In this document: piece by piece, positions 1 through 11,137 of the stretch
Layout: each line of letters opens with the position of its first letter
Numbering within the stretch: position 1 is the first letter of the stretch
DNA from: a virus
Lineage: Duplodnaviria > Caudoviricetes
Length of the DNA: 64,000 bases
IMG/VR virus record: IMGVR_UViG_3300030098_005649
Reading direction: 5' to 3' (one strand)
Program-made: the position numbers and the translations under genes
The notes under the pieces: model-generated
Seen by the model: the letters and a program-made list of their open reading frames with translations, nothing else
Told to the model about the DNA's origin: nothing
Database searches by the model: none

Positions 1-1
1 A

Positions 2-478
2 ATTGGTAGTAGTAATGTGGTTCTTGGTTGTATGAAATTTGATATGAAAGTAATTTATGTATCTACTGATTATGTTTATGAGGGTAAAGATGGAAACTAT
101 ACGGAAGACTCACCAGTAAAACCATTCAACAATTATGGTTGGTCAAAACTTGGTGGTGAAACACCTTGTATGATTTATGATAATTCACTAATACTAAGAA
201 TTTGTATGAATAACAAACCATTTCCACATCCAAAAGCATTAGATGATATGTATAAGAGTTTGATTTGGGATGATGAGGCTGCTGACATTACATTGAAATT
301 GTTAGATGAAAAAGGCATCATAAATGTAGGTGGTGAATCAAGGTCGGTGTATGACTTTGTATCTAAAACACATAAAGAAGACATTGGAAGAATATCACTA
401 TCAGATGTAAGTAATGTAAAGATGGGTACAAACACAACAATGGATTGTAGTAAACTTGAAAGGATATTGAATGATTAA
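2..478 (+). CDS. rfbD: dTDP-4-dehydrorhamnose reductase (RmlD-like SDR), 5'-truncated by window edge
   Basis: Frame open from base 2; VSTDYVY, YGWSK (YxxxK) motifs. Confidence 0.85.
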   Translation: MGSSNVVLGCMKFDMKVIYVSTDYVYEGKDGNYTEDSPVKPFNNYGWSKLGGETPCMIYDNSLILRICMNNKPFPHPKALDDMYKSLIWDDEAADITLKLLDEKGIINVGGESRSVYDFVSKTHKEDIGRISLSDVSNVKMGTNTTMDCSKLERILND

Positions 479-1436
479 TTTATTTGAATTCAATAATTAC
501 AAAATAGACACTAAGAAATTAGACCATTTATTACACGGTTCTGCAGTTAGAAAACTTGAAGAACAGATTTGTGAATATGTTGGTGCAAAATATTGTGCAT
601 CATTCTGTAGTGCATCATTTATAATAGAACTTATGTTTAGTCGTCCTGAGTTTATCAATAATGAGACAAGTCTTGATATTCCAAGTATGATTCCACCTGT
701 CGTTCCGAATGCACTACATCATGCAGGTATGGAAATATACTTGAATGATGATGTTGATTGGGTTGGACATTCTTATGTGTTGTGGGAAGAGTTTGGTGGT
801 GAGAGAAAGATAATAGATTCTGCACAACAAATTGATAGGAATCAATTTTCTGATAATTGTAATGATGATGACTATATGATATTTTCATTGTATCCAACAA
901 AACCATTATCATCATTGGATGGTGGATTAGTTGTATCAAATAATAAAGAGGGTATTGAATTACTAAGTAGTCTTGGATTCTATGGTATGAAACGAGAGAT
1001 AGATTCTTGGTCAAGAGAACCAATTAGGTATGGACACAAAACATATTTACCAACAATACAGGCAGAGTTGGCATTAGAAAACCTAAAATTTTTAGATGAG
1101 AGACACGAAAAGATTGACTACATAAGAAATTATTATAACAAGAATCTTGGGTTGAAAAATACAAGTAGACATCTTTATAGAATACGAGTTGATAATAATC
1201 AAGATGCAATGAAATGGTTCAAGGAACAAGGTATAATTACAGGTGTACATTATAAACCAATTCATCAAATAGAATTATATAATCACTATGAATGGGATTG
1301 GCATCTTAGATACCACAACATACCGAGAGTAAATAATCACGGAGAGACCACATTATCAATTCCATTTCACCATAAATTACAAGACAATGATATAGAATAC
1401 ATAGTCGAAAAGGTACAGGAGTATAAGAATGCTTGA
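471..1436 (+). CDS. DegT/DnrJ/EryC1/StrS family PLP-dependent sugar aminotransferase
   Basis: IIDSAQ and FSLYPTKPLSSLDGG PLP-lysine motif; GVHYKPIH C-terminal motif. Confidence 0.85.
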   Translation: MINLFEFNNYKIDTKKLDHLLHGSAVRKLEEQICEYVGAKYCASFCSASFIIELMFSRPEFINNETSLDIPSMIPPVVPNALHHAGMEIYLNDDVDWVGHSYVLWEEFGGERKIIDSAQQIDRNQFSDNCNDDDYMIFSLYPTKPLSSLDGGLVVSNNKEGIELLSSLGFYGMKREIDSWSREPIRYGHKTYLPTIQAELALENLKFLDERHEKIDYIRNYYNKNLGLKNTSRHLYRIRVDNNQDAMKWFKEQGIITGVHYKPIHQIELYNHYEWDWHLRYHNIPRVNNHGETTLSIPFHHKLQDNDIEYIVEKVQEYKNA

Positions 1437-2568
1437 AGAAATAAAAAGTTTATTCAAGGATGGTGACTATAAAGGTAAGGTGGAGTTTTTAGTATTAGGA
1501 CCTTGGTGTGGTGAGTTTAGTTATGAAACTAATTGGTGGATTCCTGAGTGTAGATTACAAGTAGATAAATATTCAAGTGACGATGATATGAAGATGGTAG
1601 TTGTGGTGGTAGGTGAGTTGGGTAGTCAGCCATTGTATAGAGATTTTTGTGACTACTACATTCCAATACCACATAATTTTGGTGACGAACACGGTAAAGA
1701 GATTAAAATTCCTGAGATGAGAGACACTTGGGCTAGAAGAAGTGATAATAAAAATGTTATGATGGCAGAAATACCTAAACCAATACAAGATTTTTATAAT
1801 CATATTTGTAATAAGTGTGGAGAGTATGGAGAGGTTTACAAATATAGTCCGAGTGAGTACATAAAAGATAAAAGATATATGGAAAGACCTGCAGGTATTA
1901 TTGAATATTATACACCACCACTAAAAGAGTTGAACTTAGTAAAAGATATAATTCAAAATCATATACATAAAAACGAAAGAAAACCCTTGATATCAATATT
2001 TGCAAAACAAAGATATCGACAAGGTAAATTAGACTTTGAGAGTTGGAGTCCAAAACTTTGGGAAGAGTTTATGATAAGACTTGATGAGTTTGGTGTAAGT
2101 ATTCTAAATTTTGTAATAGAAGGTTCTGCAGGATTCTTAGAACTTGATGAAGAAGTGGTAAAAAAATATCCACATATAAATCAAATGGTTGTAAAAAACG
2201 ATGTTCCAGCACCAATGGTAGATTGTATGTCCGAAAAAACAATTTTAGGATATCAAATGGCGGTTCTTGAACTAACAGATATGTCAATTTGGGGTTCAAC
2301 TGGTGCTTGTACTCTAAATTATTTTATGAAGTATAGAAAACCTATGTTTGTTCAACACAATAAAAACGATGTTTGGAGACAACAATTCGAGTGGATGAGA
2401 GATATAACACAAGACTTACATCAGATACATTTTTTTGATAAGTATAAAAGAAATGAGATGGAAAATATTCCTGTAGATGAAATGATAGATGAATTTAGAG
2501 AATGGCTCAAGTCTGATTTCAAGTATGTTTCCAATGAAGAATTTATAAAGAAAGTAGAAAAAGAATGA
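1429..2568 (+). CDS. hypothetical protein in glycan cassette (possibly GT-B-like)
   Basis: 379-aa ORF overlapping both neighbours; context only. Confidence 0.55.
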   Translation: MLEEIKSLFKDGDYKGKVEFLVLGPWCGEFSYETNWWIPECRLQVDKYSSDDDMKMVVVVVGELGSQPLYRDFCDYYIPIPHNFGDEHGKEIKIPEMRDTWARRSDNKNVMMAEIPKPIQDFYNHICNKCGEYGEVYKYSPSEYIKDKRYMERPAGIIEYYTPPLKELNLVKDIIQNHIHKNERKPLISIFAKQRYRQGKLDFESWSPKLWEEFMIRLDEFGVSILNFVIEGSAGFLELDEEVVKKYPHINQMVVKNDVPAPMVDCMSEKTILGYQMAVLELTDMSIWGSTGACTLNYFMKYRKPMFVQHNKNDVWRQQFEWMRDITQDLHQIHFFDKYKRNEMENIPVDEMIDEFREWLKSDFKYVSNEEFIKKVEKE

Positions 2569-2780
2569 GGGATTTACAATCATCACTAAAATCAAAAGGT
2601 GAGTATGTAACACAGATAATTCACTTTGTTGGCGGAGTGAAAAGAACATTTGAGGGTGTATCGACATCCAAAATAAAACAAGGTCAAATGACTAAATTAG
2701 AACTAAAGGATGGTAGGATAGTAATGATAAATGATACAAATGTATTATGTGTAGAAGTATTTTCAGAGGATATGGAATGA
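2565..2780 (+). CDS. small hypothetical protein
   Basis: ATGA overlaps on both sides. Confidence 0.6.
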   Translation: MRDLQSSLKSKGEYVTQIIHFVGGVKRTFEGVSTSKIKQGQMTKLELKDGRIVMINDTNVLCVEVFSEDME

Positions 2781-4075
2781 GTGTAGTAGACAAAATAAAG
2801 AATCTCATTGACGAGATTGAATCAGATAAGAGTGTATTGAGGTACTCGTACAATACCTCAGATATAGTTCCTGGTAAGACTCCAATATACTATTCAGGTC
2901 CTTATTGGGATTCTGATGAGTTGAAGGCTGGTGTTGTTTCATTTTTGACTGGTAAGTGGTTGAGTTCAGGTGAAAATGTATATAAATTTGAAAAGAAATT
3001 CTCAAAAAGATTCAAGTGTGGAAACTCAGTTATGGTCAATAGTGGTAGTTCTGCAAATCTTGTTATGATTGCAGGAATAAAGAAACATTTGAAATGGAAT
3101 GATGGTGATGAGATAATTGTATCACCAGTTGGATTTCCAACTACCATTGCACCTATTGTTCAGAATAATATGACACCAATATTTGTGGACATCGAATTCG
3201 ACACATTGAACTTTGATGTAAAACTAATAGAGAAAAAGATAACAAGTAAAACACGAGGTATATTTTTATCACCAGTATTAGGTAATCCTTGTAATATGGA
3301 TTTCTTGGATTACTTATGTAAGAAATATAACTTGGAATTAATTTTAGATGGGTGTGATTCACTTGGTACATTATGGAATGGTAAATATCTAACAGAAATG
3401 GCAAAAGTATCTTCTTGTTCTTTTTATCCAGCACATCACATTACTTGTGGTGAGGGTGGTATGATTTCATCAACAGATGAGGATTTGATTTCTATGGTGA
3501 GAAGTTTTTCTTGGTGGGGAAGAGATTGTTATTGTGTCGGTAGTGCTAATTTACTTGCTTGTGGAACTTGTGGTAATAGATTTGATAAATGGTTAGAACC
3601 AATGTATGATGGTATAGTAGACCACAAATATATTTTTACCAATATGGGATACAATCTAAAACCATTAGACTTACAAGGTGCACTTGGACTCGAACAATTG
3701 AAGAAGTTTGATTTCATTGAAGAGAAAAGAAGAGAGTCAAGAGAAAGAGTTTCTAAAATATTTGAAGATAATCTTGATATAAAAGTACCAATTCAGTTAG
3801 ACCAAGCCGATACTTCGTGGTTTGGTACACCAATAATTTGTAAGGACAAGGAACAAAAAGATAAGATTGTTAGTCACCTTGAAGAAAATAAAATACAGAC
3901 TCGTAACTATTTTGCGGGTAATATTTTGATACATTCTGGTTACTCACATTTGGATGATTACAAATTATATCCAAATTCAAATGAAGTCTTGGATAGAATA
4001 TTTTTTGTAGGGGCTGCACCACATTACAACGATGATGTGTTTCAGTACATAGAGGATGTAGTGAGAAAAATATGA
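2777..4075 (+). CDS. rfbH: RfbH/DdhC-like CDP-4-keto-6-deoxyglucose 3-dehydrase (DegT fold)
   Basis: SFYPAHHITCGEGG (His instead of Lys), GRDCYC..CGTC Fe-S cysteines, TRNYFAGNI; start at ATGA overlap 2777. Confidence 0.9.
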   Translation: MSVVDKIKNLIDEIESDKSVLRYSYNTSDIVPGKTPIYYSGPYWDSDELKAGVVSFLTGKWLSSGENVYKFEKKFSKRFKCGNSVMVNSGSSANLVMIAGIKKHLKWNDGDEIIVSPVGFPTTIAPIVQNNMTPIFVDIEFDTLNFDVKLIEKKITSKTRGIFLSPVLGNPCNMDFLDYLCKKYNLELILDGCDSLGTLWNGKYLTEMAKVSSCSFYPAHHITCGEGGMISSTDEDLISMVRSFSWWGRDCYCVGSANLLACGTCGNRFDKWLEPMYDGIVDHKYIFTNMGYNLKPLDLQGALGLEQLKKFDFIEEKRRESRERVSKIFEDNLDIKVPIQLDQADTSWFGTPIICKDKEQKDKIVSHLEENKIQTRNYFAGNILIHSGYSHLDDYKLYPNSNEVLDRIFFVGAAPHYNDDVFQYIEDVVRKI

Positions 4076-4920
4076 GTCAGTTAGGAGATAGGAAAGTATC
4101 AATTGTTATTTCACTTTTCTTGAAAACAAGAGCAGTTGTAGGTGGTTCACGAGACAATCCAAATAATAATACTAAATTATTTGATATGTGTCAAAATGTT
4201 ATGAAGTATGCCAATTCGATATCAAATAAAAACATACAAGTGTTCTTGGGAGTAAACTATACAGAGGATTCTGATAAGAAATGTTTAGATTATTTGGAAA
4301 AAGAATCTGATAGAAATCAATTTATCACCTTTGTACGAAGAAATAATAATTTAGGTGGTTGGTCGTATGGATTGTTTGATTATGTATTTAGACAAGAAAG
4401 AGATAATGGATATGATTATTTTATATTCTACGAAGATGACCAGGTTTCAAAGTATGGGTGGGATGAAAATGTAATATCAAATTCGATTATGACAATGGAA
4501 AAGAATAATGAAATAGGATTTTTTGCATCAATTGGAGTGAATAAAAGAGACCCATTCAAAAGAATAGGTACTTGTTCTGCACATAATGGTACAGGAATGT
4601 CTTCAACTAAAATCTTGGGTGAGGTTTGTGATAAGTGGGGACAATTGAATTGGTCAAAAGTTGAGGGTGGATTTATTCACAATGGGTATGGTGATAAAAT
4701 TCAAGTAACAGGATTGACCAGACCACAAATGGTAGAAAGAGCCCTTGAGTTTTTACCACAATATACTGAGGATGTAACTTCATCATACAATAGAAAAGTT
4801 CAAGCCGCATTTAGTGAGGTGGATTTTACTGATAGTATTTGTAAGTTGGGTTATGGAATCTATGAAGAAAAAGGTGGACCAGGTGGTAAGGGAGTTTTAC
4901 ATTGGAGGACAGCAAAATGA
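4072..4920 (+). CDS. putative GT-A fold glycosyltransferase
   Basis: YDYFIFYEDD DxD-like motif; cassette context. Confidence 0.55.
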   Translation: MSQLGDRKVSIVISLFLKTRAVVGGSRDNPNNNTKLFDMCQNVMKYANSISNKNIQVFLGVNYTEDSDKKCLDYLEKESDRNQFITFVRRNNNLGGWSYGLFDYVFRQERDNGYDYFIFYEDDQVSKYGWDENVISNSIMTMEKNNEIGFFASIGVNKRDPFKRIGTCSAHNGTGMSSTKILGEVCDKWGQLNWSKVEGGFIHNGYGDKIQVTGLTRPQMVERALEFLPQYTEDVTSSYNRKVQAAFSEVDFTDSICKLGYGIYEEKGGPGGKGVLHWRTAK

Positions 4921-5657
4921 AAAAAACTATAGTAGTTGGAACAGGAAGATGTGGTACACGAGGGTTTGCAAAAGCCTTTGGTGGAGTTCACGAGTATAAA
5001 ACATTCGAGAGATTTCATCCATTATATGTTAGGATGAACACTGCAGTTCGTAATCCATTTCCAAGATTTGAAGACAGACTTTATAGTTCAAAGTTGATGT
5101 ATCACGACTTAGAACAATTACATCCACATAAAGAATCATTTATGAATGTAGATAATTCTATGACTTGGTTGGTAGATGGAATCTATAAATTCTTTGAGGG
5201 TGATGTGAAGTTTATTTTATTAGTAAGAGATGGTAGAGATTTTGTTACATCAGCCGTAAATAGAGGATGGGCAGAGAGAGTGGAGTTAGACCATTATCCA
5301 TTAGAGGGTGATTTGGTTAGAGACAGATGGGACAATATGTCTTTGATTGGAAAGGCATCTTGGATGTGGAATGAAAGAAATAGAAGGGCACTAAATTATT
5401 TGGCAGAGATACCAGAAGATAGTTGGAAAGTACACAGAATCGAGGATTCAACAGAAGAGAGTTTGAAAGAGTTATCAGTATGGTGTGAACAACCATTAGT
5501 TGATTCCAATCAGATTTTGAAAGGTAATGAGAATACAAACATTGGAAGTGGAAGGTATAATAAGAAAATAGAAAACCACCAAAGATGGAATGAAAAAGAA
5601 AAATTAGACTTTTGGGAATACTCTCAAGAGTTACAGGAGTATTTTGGATATGAGTAA
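4917..5657 (+). CDS. sulfotransferase family protein
   Basis: VGTGRCGT 5'-PSB loop; FILLVRDGRDFVTS 3'-PB motif. Confidence 0.8.
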   Translation: MKKTIVVGTGRCGTRGFAKAFGGVHEYKTFERFHPLYVRMNTAVRNPFPRFEDRLYSSKLMYHDLEQLHPHKESFMNVDNSMTWLVDGIYKFFEGDVKFILLVRDGRDFVTSAVNRGWAERVELDHYPLEGDLVRDRWDNMSLIGKASWMWNERNRRALNYLAEIPEDSWKVHRIEDSTEESLKELSVWCEQPLVDSNQILKGNENTNIGSGRYNKKIENHQRWNEKEKLDFWEYSQELQEYFGYE

Positions 5658-6399
5658 AGTATTATTTGTAATACCCACAACTGCAAGAAGATTGAAGTTG
5701 TTATCTAATGTAGTACAAGAGGTATTGGATAAAAATAAAAACCACGAGTGTGAATTTATTGTGGTAAAAAATGGTAATTTTCCTGAAGATGTATATGATG
5801 AGTTTGAATTACAACCAGAAGTAATCAAAGAAAGGTCAGAACCTGCAGCAAATATTGCAGTGGCAATAAACAAAGGACTTTCATATCAAAGAGATGACCA
5901 CGATTGGGTAGTTATACTTGAGGACGATTTTTTAATACATAAGGAGAATTGGATTGATACTTATATAAAAGTTATGGAGTCAAAAGATAAATGTGGTTGT
6001 ATTGGTTCACGAGTTCACGGAAAACAAAGTAAAATGAGAGTACCAAGTTTACAATTTGAGTCACCTCAATCGTTTGAAGTTTTTTGGACAGATGGGGTAA
6101 ACTTTCTAAGGCCAGAAATTACTTGGGACCATAAATTAGATGAACAATTTTGGGGAAACTCAGAAGTACCAGATTATTGTGTAACACTTATAGACCACGG
6201 TTGGGAAAATTGGTATGTTTATGTTGAACACACTCACGACACAATATCAGAAGAAAAGAAATATGAATATTCAGAAACACATATCAATCAGTTTGCAAAC
6301 AGAGGTAAGTTGTGGACTAAATGGTGTGAGACAGATAATGATAAAATTTTTACTTATGTGATGATGGATTTAGTAGAGGACAGACAATATGCAGAATAA
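5650..6399 (+). CDS. glycosyltransferase family 2-like
   Basis: FVIPT start, AINKGL, VVILEDDF motifs. Confidence 0.7.
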   Translation: MSKVLFVIPTTARRLKLLSNVVQEVLDKNKNHECEFIVVKNGNFPEDVYDEFELQPEVIKERSEPAANIAVAINKGLSYQRDDHDWVVILEDDFLIHKENWIDTYIKVMESKDKCGCIGSRVHGKQSKMRVPSLQFESPQSFEVFWTDGVNFLRPEITWDHKLDEQFWGNSEVPDYCVTLIDHGWENWYVYVEHTHDTISEEKKYEYSETHINQFANRGKLWTKWCETDNDKIFTYVMMDLVEDRQYAE

Positions 6400-7234
6400 A
6401 AATCTTGTATGGTTGAATGGTATAGTACCAACAGACCCTATGATTAGAAGAAAATACGGGTTTGATAACATAGATTGGATTGAGTTATCAAAGTATTATT
6501 GGAGTAAGTATTGTGAGATACACGATGGTATAGATTTATATCATTATGAAAAAGTTGGTCCACCATATACGAATACAAATAAACATAGAGTACCTTGGAC
6601 ACGATGGTTTGACCAAATAAAATTTCTTGAAAGACCAGAGAACTCTCATTACGAAAAAGTGTACTCAGTTGATGCAAGTACATTGATAAATTTGAAAGAA
6701 TGTCCTAATATATTTACACGAACCGAAAGAGAACCCGACAATGACTTTTGGGGTACTCGTGACTTTGCAAATCTTGGGTGGACATATGATGGTATTGTTG
6801 GTTATGAAGACATATGTAATTACAATAATATAAAATATGACCACACGAGATACTTTGCTGCTGGGCATGTCTTGTATGATGTGAAGAAAATGTTACCTAT
6901 GTTGAAAAAATTAGAGAAGTTTTACAACGATAATATGGAAGTAATACTTGAGAAACAAAATCACTCTGTTAGAAAAGGTACAGACCAAGTAGTATTCAAT
7001 TGGTTAGTTCAATCAGAGGGAATCAAATATGACTTATCTTTATTGGATGTTAGGTATCAGGCAACACATTTCAAACGATATGAATGGGATAAGGCAGCAG
7101 ATGGATACTTGAGACAAAATTATATATTATCTATTTCAGGTATGTCAAAGAAAGACGAAAGAGGTATTTTGATGAAAGAGTTACACGAGTTACTACTAAA
7201 TCTTTATCCAGACTATATAGGAGCTGTAAAATGA
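6389..7234 (+). CDS. GT8-like glycosyltransferase
   Basis: YSVDAST, YFAAGHVLY, TDQVVFN match GT8 DxD / NxG / DQ pattern. Confidence 0.6.
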   Translation: MQNKNLVWLNGIVPTDPMIRRKYGFDNIDWIELSKYYWSKYCEIHDGIDLYHYEKVGPPYTNTNKHRVPWTRWFDQIKFLERPENSHYEKVYSVDASTLINLKECPNIFTRTEREPDNDFWGTRDFANLGWTYDGIVGYEDICNYNNIKYDHTRYFAAGHVLYDVKKMLPMLKKLEKFYNDNMEVILEKQNHSVRKGTDQVVFNWLVQSEGIKYDLSLLDVRYQATHFKRYEWDKAADGYLRQNYILSISGMSKKDERGILMKELHELLLNLYPDYIGAVK

Positions 7235-7962
7235 ATGTAGTTTTTATGATTGATATACAAAATGACGATAGGTCAAAAAACACACCTTACAAATTGAGTC
7301 AAGAAGTGTGGAAGGCTTGGATAGAAGATAAACCTGATACAGAATTATTTGTATTGAATGAACCACTATTTGATGACCCAAACATAAGACCTAATTTTTA
7401 CAAAATGTATTTTCCTCAGTTGATGGAGGCTACAGGACAAGAATGGGACAAATGTTTGTATGTAGATTCAGATACAATTCCCTCACCAGACTTACCAAAT
7501 ATATTTGATGTGGTTGGTGATAAATTTGGTGTGGTTAGAAACTTTGGTTCGTGTGAATGGGTAGTGAGGTCAATATTGAATTGGAGAAACAATTTATTTC
7601 CTGAAGAACCAATACTAAATTACTCAAGGTATTTCAATTCTGGTATGATGGTATTTTCAAAACACCATACTGAATTTTTTGAAAAGGCACAAGAATGTTT
7701 TACAGAAAACTTTGCAAAAATTATGGGGTTGGTAAGACTTGGGTGTGGTATAGACCAAACTATGTTGAACTTTTTGACAAGAAAACATAATGTAGATATG
7801 ATGTGGTTACCATATGAATATAATATGCAAGACCTAATAAGATTTGAAGTACCAGAAGATTGGCCAGGATACATATGGCATTTCAATGCCATACCCAATG
7901 ACCCACAAAAACATCATACTAATATATTGATGCAAACAAAGGCAAATTACTTATGGAGATAA
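7231..7962 (+). CDS. glycosyltransferase family 8
   Basis: LYVDSD, YFNSGMMVF, IDQTMLN, LPYEYN, IWHF. Confidence 0.85.
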   Translation: MNVVFMIDIQNDDRSKNTPYKLSQEVWKAWIEDKPDTELFVLNEPLFDDPNIRPNFYKMYFPQLMEATGQEWDKCLYVDSDTIPSPDLPNIFDVVGDKFGVVRNFGSCEWVVRSILNWRNNLFPEEPILNYSRYFNSGMMVFSKHHTEFFEKAQECFTENFAKIMGLVRLGCGIDQTMLNFLTRKHNVDMMWLPYEYNMQDLIRFEVPEDWPGYIWHFNAIPNDPQKHHTNILMQTKANYLWR

Positions 7963-8957
7963 AATATAGATACATTGTAGGTTGTCACATAATGTTTTAT
8001 GAAATTGATATGATAACCGAGTATATAGATTCTCTTGTACAATGGGACTATATAACTAATAAAGAAAATATAACTATAGATTTATTTTATAATATGAGTC
8101 AGTATTTTGAAAAGATGGATACTGATAAAGTAAAGAAACACGAATTTTTAATTAGGTTCAAACGACAAGTTGCGAGACTTGAATCATTAGGATTTCTTGT
8201 TGAGTATGAGGTTTATGATGATGATGAAACACCATACACAATGTCAGACTATCGTAGAGACCTAAATTATAAATCTGTAAACTCACTCAAATATGATTAT
8301 ACGATATGGGGTGAAAGTGATTGTTTACTACCAAAAGAAATGTTACCAACACTTGACCACATAATGGATAACTCACCAGTACCAAGATACATTGTGACAT
8401 TTGCCATAAGAAAGATGTGGGATGATAGTTGGAGAGTATTAGAACATCCAAAGTTTACTGATAGTCCATTTTATGAAATGGCTGACCCAAAAGCACTTAC
8501 AGAAGATTCGTCAATCAGAAATACTATGAGTCTCGAAAGAATGAATGAGATAAATTCAGAGACAGATGGTGATTTATCAGTATACGATTTGAATTTTCCA
8601 AAGTTTGATGGTAGTGGATTGGTAATGACCAATCAATTATTGATGACAGGTTGTAATATACCAAAGTCTGTTTTTATGAATGGTGATGATACTGCATTCT
8701 TGGAGAGTGTGAGATTACATATGGGTAATCAGTATAAACAATATGTTGTGAAGAATATTCTAAAGGTTCATAATAGAAATCATCCAAACAAACGATTTTA
8801 TGTAAAGGGTGAGGACGATACCAAACAATCACATTTCAAAAGACAAACAAATTGGTATAAAGAATTCAATGTGTTATCAAAGGGTAATTTGAATAATTTA
8901 TATCACAATCAAAAGAGGTTTCTAACATATGAAGACTTTAGAAAAACCAAAACATAA
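7953..8957 (+). CDS. putative glycosyltransferase
   Basis: IWGESDC DxD-like site; cassette context. Confidence 0.5.
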   Translation: MEIKYRYIVGCHIMFYEIDMITEYIDSLVQWDYITNKENITIDLFYNMSQYFEKMDTDKVKKHEFLIRFKRQVARLESLGFLVEYEVYDDDETPYTMSDYRRDLNYKSVNSLKYDYTIWGESDCLLPKEMLPTLDHIMDNSPVPRYIVTFAIRKMWDDSWRVLEHPKFTDSPFYEMADPKALTEDSSIRNTMSLERMNEINSETDGDLSVYDLNFPKFDGSGLVMTNQLLMTGCNIPKSVFMNGDDTAFLESVRLHMGNQYKQYVVKNILKVHNRNHPNKRFYVKGEDDTKQSHFKRQTNWYKEFNVLSKGNLNNLYHNQKRFLTYEDFRKTKT

Positions 8958-9921
8958 AGTAGCATTTTTTAGTGAGATGGGATTCACGAGTAAAGTCACT
9001 CGTGAACACGCTAATATGAGAACAGAATTTGCATGGTTTTGTGCACTTGATGCCGACCATTATCCATTATCAGAAGATGTTGGAGAGGGTTGGAATAAAG
9101 ATGGTATGGGTGAATATGATTTTGGAATAGTAATCATACCAAAGAATTACATACCATTCAAAATGGATAACATAAAAAGGATGTGTAAAAAAGTTGGATT
9201 TATGCAAGAAGGTCCAAGTTGGTATTTTCAAGACCTACCATTTGCAGAACAAATTCATATGGTAAATAATATGACTTCTGCAGATTTTATATTTGCACAT
9301 AATGATAGAGATGCAAAATACTATGAAGGTCTTTTAGGTAAACCAACTTTCATAAACCCAACACTTATGATAACAGATTTGTTAGATGACTTGCCACATA
9401 AAGATAAAGACGATAAAGTATTGGTAGGTGGTAATTTTGTCAGATGGTATGGTGGTTGGAATTCTTTTATAGTTGCAAGAGATTTAGGAGTACCAATTTG
9501 GTTACCAAGTATGGGTAAGATGAACGAACAAGAAAAATATTTTGAAGAGGTCAATCATTTACCTTATATGGATTGGTTTGGTTGGATGAAATCAATACGA
9601 GACTTCAAGTACGCAGTTCATTTGAATCCAAATACAATCGGTGGTACATTTTATTTGAATTGTGCGTATTGGGGAATACCTTGTGTTGGAAATAAACATA
9701 CCAATACACAATGGAAATGTTTTCCAGAAACATCAGTAGAACCAGATGACTTATTAGGAGCAAAAAAACTTGTAAAGAAGTTACGAGACAATAAACACTT
9801 CTATAATTCTGTATCAAAACAGGCAAAATATAATTTTAATAAACATTTTGGGGAAGAAGTATATATTTATATAATGAATAGGAGATTCGATGAAATCAAT
9901 AAGTTACATACTACCAAGTAG
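8929..9921 (+). CDS. putative GT-B (GT4-like) glycosyltransferase
   Basis: C-terminal GGTFYLNCAYWGIPCVG resembles GT4 signature region. Confidence 0.6.
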   Translation: MKTLEKPKHKVAFFSEMGFTSKVTREHANMRTEFAWFCALDADHYPLSEDVGEGWNKDGMGEYDFGIVIIPKNYIPFKMDNIKRMCKKVGFMQEGPSWYFQDLPFAEQIHMVNNMTSADFIFAHNDRDAKYYEGLLGKPTFINPTLMITDLLDDLPHKDKDDKVLVGGNFVRWYGGWNSFIVARDLGVPIWLPSMGKMNEQEKYFEEVNHLPYMDWFGWMKSIRDFKYAVHLNPNTIGGTFYLNCAYWGIPCVGNKHTNTQWKCFPETSVEPDDLLGAKKLVKKLRDNKHFYNSVSKQAKYNFNKHFGEEVYIYIMNRRFDEINKLHTTK

Positions 9922-11137
9922 AAATAATCTAAAATATCTAAAACAGGCATACGAAAGTATACGAAAGAACTCTTCACTACCATATGAAATTTGTATCGCG
10001 AGTGATGCAAGTACGGATGGTACGGTTGAATGGGTTCAAAGTATAATGAAAGAAGATGAGAATGTAAAACTTCATATCAATGAAGGTCCTGAGAGACTTG
10101 GACATACTATATTATACGATACACTAATAAATGAATATGCAACAAATGATATTGTTATGATATTTCACGCGGATATGTATCTAACACCCAATTCAGATAA
10201 AGAAATTGATAGACTATTAGAAAAGGGAAAAGTAGTATCATTCACAAGAATAGAACCACCACTACATCCTGATGGGCCAGAGAAAATATTATTAGACTTT
10301 GGTATAGAACCAGAAGAGTTCAAAGAAGAGGAATTATTAAAAACGGTGGAAGATTTACAGACAGGAAGGGATGGAATCAAGTATGGCCCTCTCTTATTGA
10401 ATCACGATAGAACCAATGGTATATTCGCACCTTGGGCTATATATAAAGAGGACTTTCAATCTATCGGTGGACACGACCCACTCTACGCTCCTCAATCAAA
10501 AGAAGACTCTGATATATTCAATCGTTTCAAACTAAATGGTTACGAGTTTATACAAACTTGGAAAGGATTTGTATATCATATGACTTGTAGAGGTTCACGA
10601 TTCAAAGATGGGGCCATACGAAATCCTAGCGGACAAGTTTTTATGAGAAATAGAGAATCGGATGAGTGGTTGAAACAGAATGAAAGAAGTACAAGAAATT
10701 TTGTTCGTAAATGGGGACACTTAGTAAAACACGATGAAAAATTACATCCTATCATTCCACCAAAATATAATGTTGGTTTTGTGGTAGAGAATTGTAACTA
10801 TGAATTTCTAAGAGAATTAGAGCCGTGGTGTGATAACATATATGGTGATTGGGTTGGACATAAAGGTATTTATGTAAACAAATACATTGAGGATGAACAA
10901 CCAAATACTCAGTTTGATTTGAGTAAAAGAATTAGAACACAACATACTAATCCAACAAATAACATCGTGATTAGATTCGATTGTAGTAAAGTTACACAAC
11001 AGAGTTTCGATATAATTGTAAATTTATCAGAGATACTACAAGAAAGTGCAGAGTTAGGTACTATGGAATTAGACATATTCAACTTTGAAATAAAGTCTTT
11101 GAAGACATATGAAAAGGATTTGATTGTATGTCAATAA
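9890..11137 (+). CDS. glycosyltransferase family 2
   Basis: ISYILPSRN, ASDASTDGT, FHADM, GGHDPLY..EDSD. Confidence 0.9.
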   Translation: MKSISYILPSRNNLKYLKQAYESIRKNSSLPYEICIASDASTDGTVEWVQSIMKEDENVKLHINEGPERLGHTILYDTLINEYATNDIVMIFHADMYLTPNSDKEIDRLLEKGKVVSFTRIEPPLHPDGPEKILLDFGIEPEEFKEEELLKTVEDLQTGRDGIKYGPLLLNHDRTNGIFAPWAIYKEDFQSIGGHDPLYAPQSKEDSDIFNRFKLNGYEFIQTWKGFVYHMTCRGSRFKDGAIRNPSGQVFMRNRESDEWLKQNERSTRNFVRKWGHLVKHDEKLHPIIPPKYNVGFVVENCNYEFLRELEPWCDNIYGDWVGHKGIYVNKYIEDEQPNTQFDLSKRIRTQHTNPTNNIVIRFDCSKVTQQSFDIIVNLSEILQESAELGTMELDIFNFEIKSLKTYEKDLIVCQ

